64,000 nucleotides of DNA, taken from positions 5,892,001 to 5,956,000 of the forward strand of contig OZ076409.1 in NCBI GenBank assembly GCA_964187785.1, in the 5' to 3' direction. The notes under the pieces were generated by a model. It did not search any database. It saw only the letters and a program-made list of their open reading frames with translations, and was not told the DNA's origin. This document shows, in pieces, positions 1-14,261 of this stretch (positions within the stretch are counted from its first letter, which is position 1; every line of letters begins with the position of its first letter). Position numbers and translations under genes: made by a program. This DNA comes from Amphiscolops sp. MND2022 (Eukaryota).

Positions 1-340
1 GCATATGCGCGCTAAAAGGGGGACCCTTTCGGATTTTTCATTATCCATTGTTGCAAAACATCAATAAAAATGAAGGGGGACCCTTTGGTGGATAAAAAAT
101 TTCGAAAAAGTCGCACAATGTCGAAAAAACTGGAAGCGGGCGGACCCTTTAGTCTCGCCCGGCATTGTGTCCCGCGAAAAAAGGAAAAACCTTTCTGGTT
201 CAGTTCGCTAGGCCAACAGGTACAATTTGACACCTTAAAGTTTCGTAGAACTTTCTAGAACTATTTTGGTCAGTTCGTGTGGATTGGAAAAAAGTCACTA
301 GTATAGTCGCGTTTCACTTCATGAAGCGCCGACTAAAAAG
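1..340 (-). mobile_element. Helentron/DINE-like non-autonomous element, family A (partial)
   Basis: Shares the GGGGACCCTTT core and the terminal TAGTCG…GCGCCGACTAAAA structure with the copies at 20824-21295, 27594-28008 and 39441-39914. Confidence 0.65.
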
Positions 341-1355
341 AACGTTTAATTTTGACAGAACAAAAATGTGGAGCTGGCAAGGTTCGAACACAGCACCTAC
401 TGCATGCCAGCGCATAAAACTGGACGAGTGAATAGTGATTTGAGAGAAACTTAATTTTCACTTTTGAAGACAAAAAAGGCAAGAAGCAAATGAATTTCTC
501 AGAAACTTCATGACCCAAAATACCCGATGAAAAAAGGGGATGGCAAAAAAACGTTTAAAAATTTCATTTTAAAAAAAGCAACATCCAAAAAATGAAGCAT
601 GGCATACCAGTTGGATGAATATACGTATAAAACCATCTAACTCAATTCAAATACCAACTTGAAGTGCAAAGCGCATTTTCATTAAAGTGGTCGTCGACCG
701 AGCCATCTAACTAAGTTCAAAAAACGCGGAATTCAAAGCTTGCATCTCCGAAGCGATACATTAGCCAGCTCAAAGATAGGAGCCCGATGCCACTCAAAGA
801 GTAGATAAGATGAAATTATCAAACGCTCATTCAACGGCGCTCTTGAGATCTTTCGTTTTTTCAGCGCCACAGTTATTTTTTTTCGGGAGGAAGGGGGGGG
901 GGTATTGTTTTTTGAAATATTTTCAAGTCAGTGGCTATCAAAGCGACCAAAATCTTGTCTGTCATTGACTGAAACGACAGCATTCAATTTCAATAGAACA
1001 CTTCTAATATTCCATTTCATTTTTAGTCAGCGCTTTTGAAGAAAAGTGCCCGATTCTTACAGTGGGTAGTTTTTTAGACGCGTAAGGTCCACTTTTTTGT
1101 TCATTTGTTCAACAAATTGAACTACTGAGGTTCAAAACATTCGAAGCCTCAGAACCTCGTTAAAAAAACCGACGTCCGGAACTTCGAAAACATACTAAGG
1201 ATCCCCCTTTGGCTATCTTGGTGTTTTTACAGCATGTATCGGAAGTGAAAACGAAAATTTGCTATTTTCTTTTCAACCATTAATTGCTGAGAAAGAACGC
1301 TCTAGTGATCAAGGTCAAAACGACGCAAAGTGATTCAAGTTCCTTTGAGAATAGT

Positions 1356-1388
1356 AAACAAACAAACAAACAAACAAACAAACAAACA
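1356..1388. repeat. (AAAC)n microsatellite
   Basis: Read directly from the sequence. Confidence 0.95.
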
Positions 1389-4344
1389 GAGCTAGGATGA
1401 ATTGGAAAACAAGAGACGCGGAAACAATCATCATAAATTTGCATAAGAAATCTTCAAGCTCTTGTAGAAATTTTAAACCGGTTGGTCGGCGAAAATCAAA
1501 AGAGTCATTAAATTAGAAAAAAACCCTGAAACGTTTCAAGAAAATTGGCAAAATGTGCAAAAAAATATCAGCTTTGGTTCAAATCATATTTAGTGACTAC
1601 ACAATGTTTTTGAAGAATTGAAAAAAATGGAAAAAATTCACTCCGCGTTGCAATATTTACATTTTCCCCCAGCATTGCATGCTATTTCCTTATTGGCTTC
1701 AGAACGTCTTACTTCCGACTAACTCGTTAGAAACTCAAAGTTATCAGCTAGCTAACTTCTGACTCTCAAATTGAAAGGTTCAAAGGAAAAGCAACTAACA
1801 ATGATTAAAGAGGGGGGCAATTGAGATTGACGAAGAAATAACGAAGCTCAAATCATGTGCACTTGACATGAAGATAGTAACTTTAGCAAGTAATAGGGTT
1901 GGTTAATATGGGTTTAAGGGTTTACCGAGATTATGCAAAAAGTGGATGATAGAAAATAGAGATAATTCACTTTGAGATTGAAGCCAAGCCGCCCGCCGAC
2001 TTGAAAGGAGAAAGGTTCGCTTTCAAATTGCCCGCAGCGGCCGTGTCACTGATTAAGGGTGCCTTTCTTTGACCCGTTTTCATGAATCTTCACAAAACTT
2101 GAGGTCCTCTGAAAGCATCGAGCACTTTTTGAAGTGAAATTCACAAGAGCTAATCACTTTCATATCGACATATTGTATTGCAAAGTTCTGAACAAATGCA
2201 ATTCAATTCATTTTACATAACCTTCAAATTACATAAAGTCAGGGCAGTATAAGAGCTCATTTCCTTCAACTGGTAAATATTATATCTTTGTTTTTTCCTC
2301 CAAAATTCATATAATGCTTCGGGTGGTGGTTATTCGAGAAGGATTGCTCGTGTCAATTCGAAAATGGAATCAAGGCAAGTTGAAGCTTATACAATTGCTT
2401 AAGACAATGCCAGCTTGCGATCAAAGAAGCTCGGTTGGTTAATTTATCCTAGCTATTTGATATTCAGCTAGCATTGTAGTATCAAGTCGGGAAATCGACA
2501 CTTTTGTATTGACACATCATTCACATGATGAAGTCGATTAAGTCAAAATAACTCAATCAGTCACCATCTAATTTTCCAGAATGCCATCAACCACCGAGTT
2601 TGAAAAGGGGGAAAAGAAAAAGAAATTATTTGAGGAAAAGGCGAATTAGTGTTAAAACAATGCCAACAGGTAGGTAGGTGAAAATGTTTTAAAAAATGTC
2701 AGTGTACTATTGCATACATAAAGGGTAAAGGTACCCGTAGAACATACACACCTACTTACTACCTACAGACCACGCCCTACACATTATATACGTTGGTCAT
2801 TAGGTAACATTGCAAGAATGTTGGAAGTTGCATGAAAAATGAGTATGCATACAGTTGGAAGGAAACAGAGGAGCAAATTTGTATGGAATTGAGAAGGAGG
2901 AGAACAATAGGAATGGAATGAAGTAGAGGTTTAAAGTGGGCAATAACACTTCCTACACTTTGTGGCGGGAAACGAAAAGATCGGTGGTAAAAACACCGGA
3001 GAGAGAAAGGTTGCTAACGTAGGGCGGAAATGACTGCATGATGGTCCGTCTGCCATAACCAACCTCGCCAGTGATTTCGTCCTCAAATGAAGACAGCGAT
3101 TTTTTCGCAATCAATAAAAAATTACGAAACGCAAAAAAAAACATATAGGGAATCGCGAAAATTTGTCTTTCTTATCAACAATCTATTGGACTATCTGGGG
3201 TGAGTTGTTATTTGTGTCAATATAGCTTTTTTCCGAGCCACCGGCAAAAAAGTAACAGGAAAAAAGTAAAAATTAGCAAAATTTTACACTTCAGAAATAG
3301 CCTTTTCTCAATAACTGAGCAACTGGTTGCTAAGTTACTGTCCCACTCTAGTAACATAGTTTGCCACCACTGAAGACGCATATATAAGTTTTTTCAATGA
3401 AGATTCACTTATGAGTTTGACCGGCATTTGAAAGGCCCAACTCCCAGCCAAACTAGAGTGCATTTGAAGCTTAGGTAACGGGCTTTCAGGAGCAGAAAAC
3501 CGATTTGAGTTGCGGCTATTATTCGCGGAGAAATGAAGCTTTGAGGACATTTGGCCAAATTTTTTGTCAATTTCTCTACTTCTCAGTGTACTGTCGAGGA
3601 TAGACTGTGGTGGTGGTGGTGGTTAAGTTAGGATAGAATGATTCGAACGAATTGTTGCAGCAATTTCGTCACTTTTTTTATTCACTTTGAGACCGTCTCT
3701 CTTTCACTCTCAAATCCGCCGGTCTGTACAAAAACAGGGCAGCACCAATCTTTGTACTCCTATTTGATTCCTGATAAATTCGTCGCATTACCTCTTAAGT
3801 GGGAGCGGCGATTTCTTGCTTCCCTATAACTACTACTTTGACTACTAGCACAGTTGAATACACAAAATTCCTCGATTCTTTTCCCAATTACAGGTTTTTT
3901 CTTTCCCTCTTCCTGTTACATTATTTGAGCGAATTGTATTCTTGAATTTTGATGAAATACTAGCTGCTTTTTGAGGTGGCAATTCCGATTTCAAGCTTTA
4001 TTGATTGGATGAAATTGGGACCATCTGTCTTATCAACAACCCCACCCACATACAAACAACTTTTATCATTGAAAAAACTTCTTAGGCGAATGAAGAGATT
4101 TGGTATGGCTCTAAATACTTAGAGGATTGTCGAAGCCGTTTCGACACATTTTGAGTTTTGACAAAAAAGCAAAAAATCACCCTATTCAAGGATAGGATTT
4201 TATCACGCAAAAAGCTAAAACTGTATAGGAAAGCCCCTATTTTAACGCAAAGTTTCTGTTGGATACAAAACATGGTCGCAAAATTGCAAACAAGACCGAT
4301 CAAGAGAAAGATTGACCAAAAAAGTAGTTGACGGAAAAGGGAAA

Positions 4345-4904
4345 ATAAAAAGCTGGGAACGGCCCAAGTCGGCGCCATATCTAAGGCTCAAAAATAGCAA
4401 AAGGACTTCAAAGTATCAAAGTATTTTCTTTTACAGTACCCGAGAAAACGAAAGTTCAACCGAATTGGCGCACCAGAGGGAACACTTTGAGATTTTTCAT
4501 CCATTCAGTCGCAAATAATCAAAAAAATTGAAGGGGGCCTTTTGGTGAAAAAAATTTGAAAAAGTCTCACAATGCCGAAAAAACTGAAAGGGGGATCCTT
4601 TGGGGTTTTTCAACATTAGTTCTGTCGAAAACCTCCAAAAAATTGAAGGGGATTTTTTTTCGAAAAAAAAGTCTCACAGAGCCGAAAATACTCTAAGGGA
4701 GTACCCGTCGAAACCGTTGAGTTTCTTAGATGATGTAAAAATACTACTTCGTAAGCTTTTGCACCATTATTTACAAATTTGCTAAGTAAGAATTGTAAGA
4801 TTGTATGAATTGTAAGAGTAGTGGACCATTCAGAGTGAACTGAAAAAAACTGCCCACTGTAATAGTCGGGCTTTTTTCCTTAAGGGAAAAGGCGCCGACT
4901 GAAA
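4345..4904 (-). mobile_element. Helentron/DINE-like element, family A
   Basis: gggaacggcccaAGTCGGCGCcatatctaaggctc at the left end and tagtcgg…GGCGCCGACT at the right end. Confidence 0.7.
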
Positions 4905-5142
4905 ATGAGATTCCTCTTGAGTGCCAATGCCAGGAGAAAGTGGCACAGATGGTGGTGGAATATTTCATTTGTCGGTGATTCACAATTAATTTCATGCCGG
5001 CTCGAATGTTACAGGCAATCCCAGTTAGAGTTTGAACATAACAGTCCCACAGGCATGCTATACAAGAAACAATATTGCTACTTCCTCTTGGGCTACAAAA
5101 GATAGACAGGCGGGACCACTAAAGACAGATCGAATCGGATTA

Positions 5143-5883
5143 CAGTAGCGTCCAAAAAAATATCGCAACCTCATTGCATAAAATGACAAAACCAAATATC
5201 TGGTGAACTGTCACAAATACGAAAAATTGTCAGCTAGGAAAGTTTCTTAGAATTTTATCTAGTTTACAAAAATAATTGCTTGAAATTTCTGCGACAAAAA
5301 TTACAAAAGTTAGAAATTGTATAAATTTTCACGAAATTTTATCAAATTTGCACTTTTCTCAATTTTCACAAAGTTGAAAATATATGTTGGGAATATTTTC
5401 AGTCAATCATTTGCCCCCAAATCTCCTGAGGATGTCGGTATAATTTGTTTGAAATATTTTTTCGATTTCCAATAAAAATCATCAATTTTCTAAATACATT
5501 TCTTATAACCTATCTTAATACATGTACTTCAGTGTTAATAGACAGAAAATATAGTGCATTTTTCTGATTGCAAAGAAATTTTCGGCCAGCACAATACAAT
5601 AGGTTCAGGAGATTGTAAGGAATCTCCGAATATCTTTAATTTCCAAAAAAGTTGAATGTAAGCCTCTCAAATATCGAAACACTCAAAAATCAATTACATT
5701 TTCCCAAAATTTGCAATTTCCAACTTTCTTAATAAGGGTCGTAGAAATTTCAAACAAACATTTTTTGTACACTACAAAAAATCCTTGCTGACAATTTTCC
5801 GTATTCCCAGCAGTTTTCAAGATATTTGGATTTGAAATTTGCAATTTTAAGCAATGGAGTTGCGATATTTTAGAACGCTACTG
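5143..5883. mobile_element. Tc1/mariner-type MITE
   Basis: TIRs CAGTAGCGT…ATATCGCAAC and GTTGCGATAT…ACGCTACTG, flanked by TA on both sides. Confidence 0.85.
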
Positions 5884-7097
5884 TACATGGAAGACAAAGC
5901 AGCCAAGATACAATCGATGAATAATATCCTTCGACCTCAACTTGTCACGAAATTTCAACCAGCACCCGGCCCAAAATTTCACGCCTCGATAAATGCTTCA
6001 CTCTTTCGCTTTTCGATAACATTTTTGCTTTGAAATACAGATTTTCAGCCTTCGATTTTTACAGCCTATACTAAGCTTGAGACCCTAAAGGCGTGTTTTC
6101 TCGAACCTAATTACACTCAAGTTTCAAGATTATTTGTGATCACGAGGAAGGTATTAAATAGCCATCAATAAATCATGCACCTGTAAAAGAAAACCAACTA
6201 TTTCAGCATCGGAAATTACAAAACTTTAGTGAAAAATTTTACCCACTTGAATAAAAAATTTTACCTTGGGTCATGTTTAAAATGGGTCCCATCCCACTTA
6301 AAGAACGGAACGCGGACTTCCTTATAAGGAAATTATTAATTCCAATTTTTCTTCCCATTGAACTGTTTCTGAATCAAAACCCAATGCGTTGATTGCTTTT
6401 TGCATTTTTTCAAACATTTGCCAATAATTCGTTTCAAATTGATATTTTGACTTCAAATAGTCACGGCAAGGCAATGAATCCATTGAAATAAGGTAAAAAC
6501 TGGCATTAAATTACAAGATACCCCGGCTTTAATTAGTCGGCGCTTTCGTAGAAAGAACAGACTATAGTAGTGAGACCGACGAACTGGGATTTATAAAAAT
6601 TTTATAAGCTCATAATAACTCCTAACTGCCACTTAAGAAGAGGTTAACTCGGATTTTCTGAGATCCGAAAAGCAGGAGTTCGTGGGTTCGAGTCTCGCAC
6701 TAAACCATTAATTTTTAAGCTTGCAAAAGTATAGGGAGACCAAAGGGCAACTTTTTCCCCGTAGTGCCCCTTTGATTTTTAGCGGAAACAAAGCGTTTTG
6801 CGAGCATAGAGAGCCCTTGTAGTTTTTTCGGCAAAATGCGATTCACCGAAGGATTTCAAAAAAAGATACCCTTTCACTTATATAAATATTTTTGGTCTGT
6901 ACAAAGCGTTTGGCGAGCTCAAAGCTCCCTTTTCAGCCCTATAAGACTTTCTCAAAAAAATTTCAAAACAATGAAAACTCTATTTTTGATGTTCGCAGTT
7001 AGGAAGAAGCGTTTTTAAATCTCGTGGGGTGTCCCTTTGGGTATTTTCCAGCACTGGAAATTTGATAACATTCTCCCACTAGTGTTTCTGCATATTC

Positions 7098-7670
7098 AAA
7101 CAAGACGGGAACGTCTAAAGTCGGCGCAATATCTAAGGCTCAAAAAGCGCAGATTTGAGATATGCGTAGGACGTTTTCATGAAAAACTGCTGTTTTCGAA
7201 TCTCCGCCTCCTCCTTACTAAAACGCAATATAGTTCGGATATAACGTCAAAAGTTCGGATATAGCGCTTGACTTCGGATATTACGGGGACCCTTCGAAGA
7301 CAAAAAAATTCCAGGAAAAAAGTCTCACAGTCCCAAAAAAAATTGAAAGGGGACCCTTTAGTCTCATCCAGTTTTGTATATTACGTTTAAAAAGTAAAAA
7401 ATTGAAAAGAGACCCTTTGCAATAACTTGGATGCGTTTCCCAGGAATTCGTTCAGTTGAACAAACTGAAAAAAAATTCGTCGCTTAGAATCTGTCTTAAA
7501 AACGAGTGACTAATAGTCGGGCTCTTTTATTAATAAAAGCGCCGACTAAAAACGAGTATTGCAATAGTCGGTCAATATTAATAGTATAATTTTATTAATA
7601 AAAGCGCCGACTAAAAACTGGCTTTTGTGAACCTTGAGCGGGACGCCGACTTGGGCCGTTCCCGGCTTGT
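7098..7670. mobile_element. Helentron/DINE-like family A copy plus rearranged terminal fragments
   Basis: caagacgggaacgtctaaAGTCGGCGC at the left. GCGCCGACTAAAA occurs near 7545 and again near 7610, and an inverted 3' hairpin end lies near 7645-7670. Confidence 0.6.
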
Positions 7671-10056
7671 TTTCCTCTCATTTTGATCGGCGACGAATGT
7701 TTGCGCATTATGAACGTTTGTTGACTAGACCCAAGAAAGGGGGGGGGGTTGGTGTCAACATGGAAAAAAGATTCAATATTAAAAAGCATTGTGTAATGGA
7801 ATAGAAATCATTTATAGAATAGTTTATCCTATGCTTTTTCTTTTTAAAAACTGTAATGGGAAAGAAATTGTTTAACTACCTTTTCCAAAGACCCTCTAGG
7901 TAAAATATCAACCGGAATCTTTTTTAAATTAGAGTTTTGACACCGCTAACTCGCTCTTCAAATTAGCGACAACTAATAAAATGTCGAAATTCAAAATTTC
8001 CTCAGAGCATACACTGAGATTCAAAATGAATTTCGAAAAATTACAATTCTCACTCACACTCAAACACACACAGTATGTAAAAATCGTCTTTTTCCCAGTT
8101 TTTAATTGTTCTGCTTCAAAGGCTTTTGTTGCATAAAAATTTCAGTTTTTGAAAATAGCGGTTTAGTGAAAAAAACCGTAAGATAGTCTCTAACCAGAAC
8201 ATAAAAACCACGGGGCTAACAGCTAACATGTGAAACATCTGGTATGTAATTCGGAAAACATCACGAACTTGTTAAAAAGCTAAAAGCTCCGCGTAACAAA
8301 ATGTCCATTCTGACATATAACAAAGTGATAGGTCAAAAAGCAGCGAGCAAGTAAAAGCGGAAAGTGATGAAAAGTTTTTAAAAATGAACACGTGTTTACT
8401 ATAGCAGTATCAGTATATCACCACACACAAGAAGGGAACATTAGGAAAGTGCAGGGAAATATAGCAGCGTTAGCACTTAGCCTTCAGTGTTGATTGTGGC
8501 TGAACTCAACACCAACCAAGGAGAATAAAATGGAAGGAAAGAAAAGTAGGACGACAAATTTAGGAGCAGGGAATCAAGGAAATGCAGAGCAGTGTCTTGT
8601 TAGCAGCAGGAGAAGGTAACAAATTCATTGCCCAACCGGCAGGCAGCAGTACTACTACTACTGCTTTTGTAGACCAGCGGTAGCTGACTGAGATTGTGCT
8701 GTCGTCGTAATTTCATTTCGTTTCATTATGTGTTACTTGTCGCTTCAAAACTGATCCATTATTGCGTCGTGAATTCGATTTAGCTGCTGCTGCTGAATTG
8801 AATGTAAAAGAAACAGCAAATTGTAATTTCACAGTGGATTTCTACCAAGTCAACACGGCCAGTACTGGTGGCAGTACCTGCTAACCAGTCAAGTAGGCAT
8901 GAAACAAGCCCCGATTGTGGGCAAAAACTACAAATTTCACCAACTTCCAACGAGGTATGTTGTCAATTTCATGTCTTGCAAAACAACAGCAGCCCCGGGC
9001 AGCCAAGACTAAATCTACGAATCACGACCCAATACAGTTAACACAAGAATCCTACTCCTTCATAAATACATGTGTCAATCCACCTACAATTAATTACAAC
9101 TGATGGCATGAATATTGAAACAATGAGATTAACCAGTAATCCATTACCCACATTAATTTCAAAAACAACCTCGCGGATGCTATTACGTAATCATGTTGTT
9201 TAAACTCCTTTTTTCTTCATTTTCTTTTTTTAAAAAAAGATCGAAACAGGGATGGATTTGGCGTAAAGAGAAATTTCGTGCCTTGTTGCCGAGAGAGGGC
9301 GTGTCAGTGAAAAAAGTTTGGGTGTCAGCACGCTGCAAGCTGCAGAGCCTCCTTACAGTGCAATACCGGTCCCATAAAACAAATTTGGAAAACATTTGAT
9401 AAGTGGAGTGTAATTTATAGATCAAGAATGTATCAAACTTTACTGATCGTCAGAAATTATTTGGTGTCATGGGAAGCACCCGATGGATTGTCGAATTTAT
9501 GACAGCCCACCATCGTGAACTACAGCAGTGATAGATGACTACGATTGCTGGTTGGTACCCTGCAGCCTCTGAGACAGAGAACGGAACAACGTAGCAAAAC
9601 TTATATTGGCTCTTATAGAGCTTATCACGTCGGCGTAGCTTTCTGATTTTTTTTCGTTCATTTTTTCAGCTAGTCGGGTAATTACTTTACTTTTGTATCA
9701 TATGGTCCAGGGCCATCTGAACATGCAAAAACTAGGGCGTTAAAGGTGCTTTTTTCTACATTTATGATTCTGGACTCGTAATTGAGCCTTTTCTTAGCTG
9801 GAAACAGCAAAAAACCATCTAGATCAACTGCTGCGAAAACATGTCTAAGAACAAAAAATTGAGAAAAAATTCTTTTTTTTTCCAAAAAATGTCTCCGGTA
9901 TTCGCATAGTGCCGAAAACCCTAAGGAATCCACTACGATCGCGAAATGCTTCGATAAAAACAATTTAGAAGAAAATCTCATAGTACCGAAAAAAACGCCG
10001 GTCTTGAAAAATTTCGGATGGTATTGAAAAAAATTATTGGTGGATATGTATTGAGA

Positions 10057-10920
10057 CAGGGTGGGGAAAAAACTGTTTTTTTTCGATAAAAAACAAACAA
10101 ACATGTTTTTTTCAAAAAATACAGTGTTTTTTATGTTTTTTATGTTTTTTATTTTTTTTCTCATTTCTACAATGAATCTCGTAAAAAACAACGCGTAAAT
10201 GCAAAAATTTAATTGCATAGGAAGGCAGTTAATCAACATCAATCCTTATTGTTCAACTGTCTGTAGAGAAAGGCCAGTTTTCCTGCCTTCTCAACTCCCA
10301 AATGGGATCTCAACTTTCCATAGTTCATGCCCAATGTTGAAAATTGCCGCTCCAGTCCTCCTGATGACGACACTGATGATACAATGGAAATCGCGCAAGA
10401 AATCAAGTTTGGATCAAAGCCAAGTTTTCCACCGGATTTCCACCATGTTGATGATGATACATCGGCAAACGATCCCTCGAAACGGGTGTTACTGCCATTT
10501 TCCGACGTTTCTCCAGAATTTCCACATATTCCTCTGGTGTGTTAAGCCCTATAGATTGCCAAATTTCATAAGCCTCTCCCAAGCAACAGTCATTTCTTTG
10601 CAACTTGTCGAGAGAAGCACCGATTGGTTTTAAAAAATCTATCGCATCGTTTGCTGAACGTTTCAGTTGTATTTCTTCCATATAGCGGTAAATTGCGTCG
10701 TGTCTGCGGAGTCCAGAACTGTTGATGATCTCTGCGATAGTAGACCAATGGACAACGAAGTATTCAAAACTCTCGATAGCAGAGTTCCAGCGAGTATCAC
10801 ATGGCAAACTCGGTCGTGGCATGTTATGTTTCTTCAATTCGGCCGAAGCCGCATGGGTGTTACGCAAGTATTTAAGTACAGAAACCACTTTGCTGCTACA
10901 TGACTTGAACTCGGTAACGT
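10057..10920 (-). mobile_element. hAT transposon remnant (internally deleted transposase)
   Basis: ORF 10403-10888 contains LPCDTRWNS. The minus strand at 10240-10365 reads SSGGLERQFSTLGMNYGKLRSHLGVEKAGKLAFLYRQLN (hAT dimerisation domain). CAGGGT terminus at 10057. Confidence 0.85.
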
Positions 10921-10959
10921 AATAACTTGCTCCAACGTAAAAAAACTTGTAAAAAACTA

Positions 10960-11347
10960 TAAAAAACTCAATATCAGACGAAACATGAGAATTTTGAACA
11001 GTGTCACAGTGCCGAAAAATGTGGAAGGGATTTGGGATTTTTTAACATCCATTCTGTTGCAGAATATCAAAAAATTGAAGGGGCCCTTTGGAGGCATTGA
11101 AAAACTTCGTATAAAATCTCACTAAACAGAAATACAGGGCAGTCTCATAGTGCCGAAAAAAGTGGAAAGGGTACCCTTCTGCTTTGAATGGTTTTGCATT
11201 TCATGTTAGAGGCTTTGGATGCGTTCAAAATGAAGTACTAAGTAAAAGTGCACAGTGTACAAAAAGTAGACCGATCGCGTTGAACTGACGGAAAAAAACT
11301 AATCACTGTAAGAGTCGTGCATATTCTTTGAAAACGCCGACTAAAAA
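10960..11347 (-). mobile_element. Helentron/DINE-like family A variant (partial)
   Basis: Highly similar to 42390-42755 and ends AAAACGCCGACTAAAAA. Confidence 0.6.
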
Positions 11348-12547
11348 TATGAAGGCGCAAAGTAGAGAAAATTTGAAAATGAGGTTTCGATGTTTTGCAA
11401 AGTACAGCCATGATTATTGAGATCAAATTTAAATACGAGATCTCTAAGCACTGGCGAATCATGCTAACAAACCTCCAAAAGCGCTCCTGCTTTTACCAAG
11501 AAACACCATATAGACCAATGGCAACAATTCCCCAAGATCTACTTTACATGAACGGTGGATGTTTATGAACATTGTAGCAAAAATTCTTGGAAACAGGCGG
11601 GTATTCTTTCCTTTACAACTGGCTCCTACATTCTTGGTCGCCGGTTTTCCCTCAAAAATGAAAAGAACTTGGTTGGAGTGGTTGTTTTGATTTCAAGAGT
11701 CTTGCAGGATTTCAAGAATTGGTCAAAACCAGACGTCACTTTTACATGTTTGATTGCTGTGATCAGAGAACCAACTTGAGAAGAGTTATTGCGAGAGAGC
11801 CAAGTCGGGATCATAAATATTGTCTAATCACAATCAAATTCAACAACAGCGGCCCGTTAGCCTGTTATAATCAAAGCATATTTTCTAAATCTTAACCGCC
11901 AAGACAGAGACAGGAATAAAGACGGAGATTACGAAAGCGCTGGTTCACACTGTGACATTAACCCTGAATTTAAATCCGGTTTACTGTGTTTTGCATTTTT
12001 ATCGCTTCCCTGTTACTTTAATGAGCAATGGATTTGAAGGCCGATCATAAGAGAATCACAGTGAAACTTGCATAAAACGACAAATCTATTAGACCCTCAC
12101 AAATGTACCATTGGCTACAATTTTAAATATTATTGAAAGGTTGAAAGTTATTTTTATTGATTTGAAATATAAGAGGACCGTTAGTGAAAAAAGCTCAAGA
12201 CGGGAACGTCTCAAGTCGGCGCACGGCTACAGCTTCAAAAAGCACAGATTTTTAATTATGCTATTACGGTTTCTTGTAAATTTTCATGATTTTTTTTCAT
12301 TTTTGAACCATTTGGCTTGAAATTTTTCTGAGCAATAATGACGGTTTGGAAATGATAGTCTCAAATGTATTAAGATAATGAGTTGTCTTTCAGACTGCAA
12401 CTTTGGATGTTTTCATTGCTTCATATTTTTAATGCAAATAACTTTTAATATTCCCAGAATATCATTGCTCTATTGAAATTTCTGTTTATGTTTCTAGTTT
12501 CTAAGCACCCCTCACTTCTTATTGCTCGCTCAAATGTGGCACAAGCA

Positions 12548-12805
12548 TAGTATAGTATGGTATAGTATAGTACAGTATAGTATAGTATAGTATAGAATAG
12601 TATAGTATAGTATAGTATAGTGTAGTAAAGTATAGTATAGTATAATATAGTATAGCATAGTATAGTATAGTATAGTATAGTATAGTATAGTATAGTATAG
12701 TATAGTATAGTATAGTATAGTATAGTATAGTATAGTATAGTAAAGTATAGTATAGTACAGTACAGTATAGTATAGTATAGTACAGTATAGCAAAGTATAG
12801 TACTA
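12548..12805. repeat. (TATAG)n pentanucleotide microsatellite
   Basis: About 50 units read directly. It explains the YYTIL-repeat ORFs. Confidence 0.97.
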
Positions 12806-12814
12806 GTATATATG

Positions 12815-13345
12815 TCACTATCCTTTGGTATTTTTTAACATTCGTTCTATTGCAAGATATCAAACAAAAGAAGGGTGGACCCTTTGTAGACATTAAAAAT
12901 TTTTGGAAAAAAAATCAAAAAATGAAAAGGGAGTCTTCAAAAAATTTTCGAAAAACAAAAATGAGAATTTTGAACAGTCTCAAAGTGCCGAAATTTCTAA
13001 AAAAAAGGACCCTTTGGGATTTTTAACATTCATTCTGTTGCAAAATATTTTAAAAAAATGAAAGGAGGACTCTCTGGGGACATTTAAAAAATTTCGAAAA
13101 AAGTCTCACAAAGCCGAAAAGTCTCATCGTGCCGAAAAAGGTGAGAACCTTCTGCTTCGCAATACTTGTAAAAAAATAAGCGCATACCCACGGGTTGAAC
13201 ACGAAACCTCTGGGTTGAAAAGCAAGCATCTTACCACTAGACCACGAACGCATGAAATGTGCGACTTGCCGCGTGAAATGAGTTGTCGCGGAAAAAAAAG
13301 CACCTGCACTTTCCCATAACACTTGCTTATCGCAAGTGTGAAAAC
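12815..13345 (-). mobile_element. Helentron-like family C, partial copy containing a tRNA-like segment
   Basis: Similar to 35650-36105 and ends ACACTTGCTTATCGCAAGTGT. tRNA-like A/B boxes on the minus strand at about 13180-13252. Confidence 0.6.
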
Positions 13346-13563
13346 AATGTAATATGCACAACGCTTTTTCATTTGTTGCCATAATTTCATTGCACAAAAA
13401 TTTAAAAAGGACTAGAAACTTCATTGAATTTTTTTCCAGATATCATTCCCACGAGGCGTTCTGATCTGTGAATAAAAGTACCAAACAAATTGAACAGCCA
13501 GAAACTAGACCATAAACAATTGAAAAGAAGCGTCTGAAGTTTTTTTTAATTGTTATATTCAGG

Positions 13564-14261
13564 TTTTTAGTCGGCGCATTTTAACAAAATGAGCCCGACC
13601 ATTACAGTGGCAAGTTTTTTTCGTCAGACCACAGAATGTATGCGTAGTGGACACTTTTTACAGAACTACTGGACTGGCAAGCGGAAAAGCATCTACGTTA
13701 GTGCAAAAGGTCCCCCTTTCGTGTACTCAATTTTCGACGTAAGATACAACACAGAGGCGAAGCGGTGCTTCGCAACACACGGCGAAGACATTATTTTAAT
13801 ATGCGTATATATATTCTTTTAATCGCATGCGTATATATTCAACAGTTCAACTTTGTTCAATAACGTCCCTATGGCACAGTGGTCAACACTTATGCCGTGC
13901 AATCGGGAGGCTGCAGGTTCGAATCTCTCAGGGGTTTTGGCTTTTGTCTAAAAGGCGCTCATTATGAAGTTGACTATTGTGGAAAAAAAAACTTTCTTAG
14001 CTGGACTGCAATGCACATTGACTTCGTCATGTGCAAAAACGGACGGGGCTACAGTGTCCCACCTTTGAATTTTTTTCGGCACCGTGTGACTTTTTTTCGA
14101 TTTTTTAAATGTCTCCAAAGGGTCCCCCTTCAATTTTTTGATACTTTGCAACAAACTGGATTTCCAAAAAGTCGAAAGGGTACCCCCTTTTACAATTTTA
14201 AAAACTTTGCGCTGTTTGAGCCTTAGATATAAGCGCCAACTTTAGACGTTCCCGTCTTGTT
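13564..14261 (+). mobile_element. Helentron/DINE-like family A, with a family B element nested inside
   Basis: Starts ttttAGTCGGCGC…cccgac and ends GCGCCAACTttagacgttcccgtcttgtt. Confidence 0.65.
13750..14039 (-). mobile_element. Helentron/DINE-like family B with internal tRNA-like cassette
   Basis: Hairpin GCGAAGcggtgCTTCGC and subterminal IR CACA(C/T)G(G/A)CGAAG / CTTCGTCATGTG. Near-identical copies at 20438 and 48840. Confidence 0.7.

Noticed and set aside
12519..12893. ORFs with YYTIL repeats
   Set aside because: They are translations of the (TATAG)n microsatellite.
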